Source: an uncultured Chloroflexia bacterium | Lineage (GTDB): Bacteria; Chloroflexota; Limnocylindria; Limnocylindrales; CSP1-4 | Direction of reading: 5' to 3' | DNA length: 64,000 nt | Assembly (NCBI GenBank): GCA_963736545.1 | Contig: CAVTPA010000001.1 | Span: 833,660 to 897,659 of the forward strand | Shown: one piece after another, positions 58,863 through 64,000 of the stretch | Numbering within the stretch: the stretch's first letter is position 1 | How the letters are laid out: each line of letters starts with the position of its first letter | Notes under the pieces: generated by a model | The model's database searches: none | Told to the model about the DNA's origin: nothing | What the model saw: the letters and a program-made list of their open reading frames with translations, nothing else | Made by a program: the position numbers and the translations under genes

Positions 58863-61799
58863 TGGGCGTGACCGCGACCGCGCCGCTCCTGCTCCTGCTC
58901 GTCCCGCTCCTCGTCGCCGCGGTCGCGGGTCTCCAGTGGCTCGCCCACGGCGGGCTGGGCGACAGCCGGGCACGCCTGGCGCTCCTCGTCCGGTCGGTGA
59001 TGATCGCCGCGCTCGTCGCCGCCCTGGCCGGCGTCGCGGTCGTGCTGCCGGCCGACCGCCTGGCCACCGTCTTCGTCGTCGACCTCTCCGATTCGGTGGG
59101 CAACGGCGGGCGCGCCGAGGCCCTCGCCTTCGTCCGGGAGGCGCTCGAGGAGCGGCCCGACGGCGACGTGGCCGGCGTGGTCGCATTCGGGAGGGACGCG
59201 CTTGTCGAGCGCCTGCCGGCGGAGCTGTCGGAGCTCGACCGGATCGCGTCCACGCCGGTCCGCGGCGCGACCGACATCGGGGCCGCGCTCCGCCTGGCCG
59301 CCGCCCTCTTCCCCGACGCGACGCAGCAACGGATCGTCCTCCTGTCGGACGGCAACGACACGACGGGCAGCGGCCAGGTCGAGGCGGCTCGCGCCGGGGC
59401 CCGCGGCATCCAGGTGACCACCCGCACGATCGGGCTCGGCGGCGCCGACGAGGTGCTCGTCGACCGGATCTCGGTCCCCACGACCTCCCGGCTCGGCGAG
59501 GAGCTCGAGATCGCGGTCGAGGTCCGTTCGACGGCGGCCCAGCCGGCCACGATCCGGCTCTACGCCGACGGGACGCTCGCGGCCACCGAGCGGACGACGC
59601 TCGACGCAGGCGTGACCCGGGTGGTCTTCCGCGCCTCCCCGAAGGGCGCCGGGTTCCACGTCTTCCGGGCCGTCGTCGAGGCCGGCAAGGACACGTTCCC
59701 CCAGAACAACAGGGCCGACGCGGCGACGCTCGTCTCCGGCCCGCCGCGGGTTCTCGTCGTCCCCGGCGACGAGGCAGTGGCCGCGGACCTCGTCGCCGCC
59801 CTCGAGACCCGCGAAGGCGAGGTCGTGACCCTCGTCCCCGAGCTCGTCCCGGACGACACCGCCACGCTGTCCGGCTTCGACAGCATCGTCCTCGTCGACG
59901 TGCCGCGCATCCGCTTCACCGACCGCCAGCTCGAGGCGCTCCAGTCCGTCACCCGCGACTTCGGGAAGGGGCTCGTCATGGTCGGCGGGCCCCGCAGCTA
60001 CGGCGCCGGCGGATACCGCGACACCCCGCTGGAGGCCGCGCTCCCCGTCGAGATGCGCGTCCGTGACCGCGAGAAGCAGCCCGACGTCGCGCTCGTCGTC
60101 GTGATCGACCAGTCCGGCTCGATGGCCGCCTGCCACTGCAACACGTTCAACCGCGACCAGGCCGTCCAGCTCACCGGCGTCCGCAAGGTCGACATCGGCA
60201 AGGAGGCCATCCTGCGGGCCGCGGCCGCTCTCCAGGAGACCGACGAGCTCGGCGTGGTCGCCTTCAACGAGCGGGCGAGCTGGGTCGTCCGGCGTTCGCC
60301 GCTCGGCTCCGTCACCGACCTGCAGGACCGCCTCGGCGGGATCCAGGCCGACGGCCAGACGAACATCTACGCCGGCGTCGAGGCGGGGGTGGAGGCGCTC
60401 GAGGAGGCGAAGGCGACCCGACGCCACCTCATCCTCCTGACCGACGGCTGGTCGACCTCCGGCCAGTACGACGCGATCCTGGCGCGCATGAAGGCCGCGG
60501 GGATCACCCTGTCCACGGTTGGCGCGGGCGGCGGCTCGAACCCGTTCCTCCAGGACCTCGCCACCCGGGGCGGGGGCCGCTTCTACGACGCCGTCAACCC
60601 CGCGGCGATCCCCGACATCTTCCTGAAGGAGACGCAGGAGGTCTCCGGCCAGCAGATCGTGGAGGAGCGCTTCTTCCCGGCGATCACCGCGTCCTCGCCG
60701 ATCATCCGCGGCCTCGACGCCGGGTTCCCCGCGCTCCTCGGCTACAACGGCACCACGGTCAAGGCGGCGGCAACGCCGGTCCTGGTGTCGGGCCGCTCGG
60801 ACCCGGTGCTCGCCCAGTGGCAGTACGGCCTCGGGCGAGCGGCGGCGTGGACCTCGGACGCGACCGGCCGCTGGGCCCGCAACTGGGTCGCGCTGGGACG
60901 GCTTCAGCCGCTTCTTCGGCCAGCTCGTGGCCTGGACGTTCCCCGGCGAGGAGTCGGGCGGCATCGAGGCCCGCTTCGTGACGACGCCGGGCGGGACGAC
61001 GCTGCGCGTCGAAAGCGTCGGGCCCGACGGCTCGCCGCGCGACTTCTACGCGACGAGCGTGGTCATGGTCGACCCCGCGCTCGAGCAGACATTGGTCGAC
61101 CTCGCGCAGGTGGCTCCCGGCGTGTACGAGGCGCGGATCGGGGAGCTGACCGCCGGCGCCTACACGCTCCGCGTCACGCAGACGCTGGCCGGCGCGGCGG
61201 CGGTCGGCCGGACGCTCGGGCTCGTGGCGCCGACGCCGGCGGAGTACCGGCTCCTCGGGACGAACGAGCCGCTCCTGGCGGCAATCCGCGACGCCACCGG
61301 GGGACGGCCCGTCGAGACGGCCGCCGACGCCTGGCTGCACGACCTCGGCACGACGGCCGGGGAGACGCCGCTCTGGCCCTGGCTGCTGGTCCTCGCGCTG
61401 CTGCTGTGGCCGCTCGACGTCTTCCTGCGGCGCGTGCAGGTCACCCGCCACGACCTGGCGATGGCCGGCGCCTGGGTCCGCGCGATCCCGGCCCGACGCG
61501 GGCGGGTGGCCGCCCGGCCGGTCCCGGTGGCGGGCATGCTCGCGGCCCGTGACCGGGCCGGCGGCGAGACGGCGCGGGCGGCGCTTCGGCGGGAAGCCGC
61601 GAGCGAGCCGCAGGCCGCGGGCCTGGAGCCTGCGAGCGCCTCGGCGCCTGCCGCCCCCGCGGGGCCCGCCACCCACGCGGCCGCTGACGCCCCTGCGCCG
61701 GCCGCTGCCCGGGCCAAGGAGCCGCCCGGCGGGGCCGCGAACGAGCCGGCGGACACGCTGGCCCGCCTCCGCGACGCAAAGCGGCGGGCCCGGCGGTAG
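58862..61799 (+). CDS. Double-VWA protein with a central GATase1-like domain; frame break near 60893
   Basis: ATG 58862 sits in a TGATG context. Two N-terminal TM helices are followed by VFVVDLSDSV, FDSIVLVDVP..LVMVGG and VVVIDQSGSM. After RWARNWVA the reading continues in ORF 60927..61799 (WDGFSRFFGQLVAWTFPGEE when one base is removed). Confidence 0.75.
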
Positions 61800-61945
61800 C
61801 GGATCCCACGCCGGGGCCGCGGCGATAGCCGGTCCCGGGCAAGTCCGCGGCTGATCCCGGGCAAGGGCCGCGGCGGCGGATTGGCGACGCGGTGGCGCGG
61901 CGCGACTCCCCGGCCGCGCGGCCGACAGCACGTCCGCCCGACCGG

Positions 61946-61954
61946 TGCTAGCCT
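61946..61954 (+). promoter_or_regulatory. Extended -10 TGCTAGCCT, 6 nt upstream of GTG 61961 (leaderless candidate)
   Basis: GGTGCTAGCCTCGCGGC-GTG. There is no SD. Confidence 0.4.
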
Positions 61955-61960
61955 CGCGGC

Positions 61961-62434
61961 GTGCCTGCCCGTGCGCGACGACGGCCCGTCGGTCTCGTCG
62001 CCGTCACCCTTGCCCTCGCCGTGGTCGTCGGCGGCTGCGCCGCGTTCACGCCCCAGACGCCCAAGCCGACCGCCACGGATTTCGCCGGGATCGTCGAGGA
62101 GCTGGCCCGCGTCGGGGTGAAGGTGTCGAACGTGGTGGCCGGTGATCCCGGCTGCGACGACCAGCGGCTCGCCCGGACGGCGCTGTCGTTCGACGCCTCC
62201 GGCCTCGACCAGGCGGACCCGACCCGCGTTCACCTGTACGCCTTCAAGAACGTGGACGTCTTCCAGGAGCTGCGGCCGTTCGTCGACCTGTGCGCCCGCT
62301 CCTACGTCGTGGATCCGGCCGACTACGCCGCGATCGATGCGCCCCCGTACGTCTTCGCGGGTCCCGGGCCGTGGGCCGGCGACTTCGAGCGAGCCCTGCG
62401 GGACGCGCTCGAGCGGGCCGCCGTCGGCGGCTGA
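61961..62434 (+). CDS. Lipoprotein of unknown function
   Basis: 157-aa ORF with lipobox LALAVVVGGC-AA. Confidence 0.65.
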   Translation: MPARARRRPVGLVAVTLALAVVVGGCAAFTPQTPKPTATDFAGIVEELARVGVKVSNVVAGDPGCDDQRLARTALSFDASGLDQADPTRVHLYAFKNVDVFQELRPFVDLCARSYVVDPADYAAIDAPPYVFAGPGPWAGDFERALRDALERAAVGG

Positions 62435-62444
62435 ACGCGACCGA

Positions 62445-62453
62445 TGCTAGCCT
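62445..62453 (+). promoter_or_regulatory. Extended -10 TGCTAGCCT, 7 nt upstream of GTG 62461 (leaderless candidate)
   Basis: GATGCTAGCCTTCGGCCC-GTG. The 9-mer is the same as at 61946. Confidence 0.4.
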
Positions 62454-62460
62454 TCGGCCC

Positions 62461-63264
62461 GTGAGCGACCCCGGCATCACCTCGCAACCCGTCGGCGGCG
62501 CGGCAGCGGCCGAGCCGGGCACCAGCCCGGCCGGCCCGGGCAGCCGCCCGGCCGACGCGTCCGAGGCGCCCGGCGCCCGGCCGAACGGCCACCACAACGG
62601 CCATCGCAACGGCCACGCGCCCGACGACGCCCACGGGCGGGCGATCCTCCTCGCCCTTCGCGAGGGCGGGGCTGCGGGGCCCGACGCGATCGCCGGGCGG
62701 ATCGGGATGAGCCGGACGAGCACGCTGCAGCGCCTCCGGGAGCTCGAGGCCGCCGGGTTCGTCGCCCGCCAGGCGCTCCGCCACGGCGTCGGCCGGCCGC
62801 GCCACGTCTACGACATCACGGCCGCGGCCCAGCGCAGCCTGCCGGCGAACTGGGACGGCCTGGCGACGACCCTCCTCGAGTCGATCGTGGAGGTGGGCGG
62901 CGACGCCCTGGTCGAGGAGGTCTTCCAGGCCCGGCGGCGGCTCCTCCGCGACCGCATCGCGGTCCGCTTCGCTGAGCGCCTCGGCCCCGAGCCGACGCTC
63001 GCCGACAAGGTCCGCGAGCTTGCCGTCGTCCAGGACGAGGCCGGCTACCTCTGTCGGGCCGAGACCGCGCCGGCCAACGGCGGCTCGCTCGAGCTGCGCG
63101 AGCACAACTGCGCGATCCTCGGCGCTGCCGCCGGCCACCCGGCCGCCTGCCGGGCGGAGCTCGAGCTCTTCGAGGAGGTCCTCGACGCACGGGTCGTCCG
63201 CACGTCGCACATCGCGACGGGCGACCGCTGCTGCTCGTACCTGATCGAGCCGCGCGAGGCCTGA
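62461..63264 (+). CDS. wHTH transcriptional regulator with a Cys-rich C-terminal sensor domain (SufR-like)
   Basis: This is the tail of ORF 62290..63264. A disordered His/Gly/Asn-rich N-terminus precedes an HTH (PDAIAGRIGMSRTSTLQRLRELEAAGFV). Cysteines occur in HNCAIL, ACRAEL and GDRCCSY. Confidence 0.55.
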   Translation: MSDPGITSQPVGGAAAAEPGTSPAGPGSRPADASEAPGARPNGHHNGHRNGHAPDDAHGRAILLALREGGAAGPDAIAGRIGMSRTSTLQRLRELEAAGFVARQALRHGVGRPRHVYDITAAAQRSLPANWDGLATTLLESIVEVGGDALVEEVFQARRRLLRDRIAVRFAERLGPEPTLADKVRELAVVQDEAGYLCRAETAPANGGSLELREHNCAILGAAAGHPAACRAELELFEEVLDARVVRTSHIATGDRCCSYLIEPREA

Positions 63265-63268
63265 GGCC

Positions 63269-64000
63269 CTACGCCTCCTCGCGCTCGACCACCTGCCGGG
63301 CGGCCGGCACGAGGCGCGGCAGGGGGACGTCGCTGACGTTCGGGATGAAGGAGGCCTGCAGCGCCGTGCGGGCAACCTCCAGCTGCTCGTCGAGGGTGAG
63401 GATCCCGAGCCGCCCGAGCGTCGCCAGCTCGTCGCGGATGTAGGTCTTGAGCATCTCCGGGCCGTCGGTGTTGATCGTGAAGCGGATCTCGTTGCGGCGG
63501 AACGTGTCGAAGATCCAGCGGAACTCGTCCCAGCCCGGAGACGACGCGCGTGTTGAGGTTCGAGGTCGGGCAGACCTCGAGGACGATCCCCCGCTCGCGG
63601 ATCATCGCCGATCGTCCGCGGGTCGTAGGCCGCCTTCACGCCGTGGCCGATCCGGTCGGGCTCCAGCTGCTCGATGACCTCGGCGATCTCCTCGACCGGT
63701 CCCGACTCGCCGGTGTGGACGGTGATGCCCAAGGCGATGCCGGCGTGCCTCGGCGGAAGAGGCGGCGGTAGTCCTTGACGCGAAAGCCGTTCGACTCGGG
63801 GCCGGCGATGTCGATGCCGACGACGCCCCGGTCGCGCCAGGCGATCGCCTTCTCGGCGATGATCTCGTTGAGGTCGGTACGGGAAGGCGCGGTCGAGGCA
63901 GAAGATGAGGCCCGGCTTGACCGGGTACTCGAGGACGGCCCGGTCCATCCCCCGCAGCGCCGCCGCGATGATGTGGTCGAGGTCCTGCTCGCCGCCGCGG
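63269..64000 (-). pseudogene. add: Adenosine deaminase, 3' two-thirds (runs off the window end); at least four frame breaks
   Basis: Fragments lie in three frames: GLIFCLDRAFP; TDLNEIIAEKAIAWRDRGVVGIDIAGPE; GIALGITVHTGESGPVEEI..DRIGHG; MIRERGIVLEVCPTSNLNT; WDEFRWIFDTFRRNEIRFTINTDGPEMLKTY... Breaks lie near 63879, about 63750, 63609 and 63533. Confidence 0.8.

Overview
Very GC-rich (roughly 70% by eye, not computed) bacterial chromosomal segment with gene content resembling Actinomycetota or Chloroflexota. I can support about 60 protein-coding genes and 3 tRNAs (Lys-CTT, Arg-TCT, Glu-CTC). I see no rRNA, CRISPR array, transposase or integrase. Most long ORFs in the six-frame track are Arg/Pro/Gly-rich antisense or out-of-frame shadows typical of high-GC DNA. 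Real genes were chosen from family motifs, signal or TM segments, Shine-Dalgarno (SD) sequences and start/stop overlaps. Left to right: frame-broken carB/carA; CapA-like, PRTase, MOSC and META genes; tRNA-Lys; a thiolase/Hbd/MeaB/B12-subunit cluster; an ECF sigma/anti-sigma pair; folE; a Zn-ribbon three-gene operon; arsR-trxA; a stand-alone B12-binding module; a DUF4032/GNAT/VOC/methyltransferase operon; an EamA transporter and tryptophanase-family lyase; ACAD and an aminotransferase; an FG-GAP protein; tRNA-Arg; ornithine aminotransferase; an orphan DNA methyltransferase; a DUF1611/epimerase pair; tRNA-Glu; a 13.8-kb, eight-gene operon joining an ABC-2 exporter to a MoxR/DUF58/VWA module; and a frame-broken adenosine deaminase. 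Items worth a second look: that operon and its Gly-Gln repeat gene; the Zn-ribbon operon; the orphan methyltransferase next to a DnaA-box cluster; a 173-bp inverted-repeat element between convergent genes; dense same-direction frameshifts in carA and add; a candidate carA leader; and many apparently leaderless genes. All family assignments come from motif recognition by eye. No database search was run.
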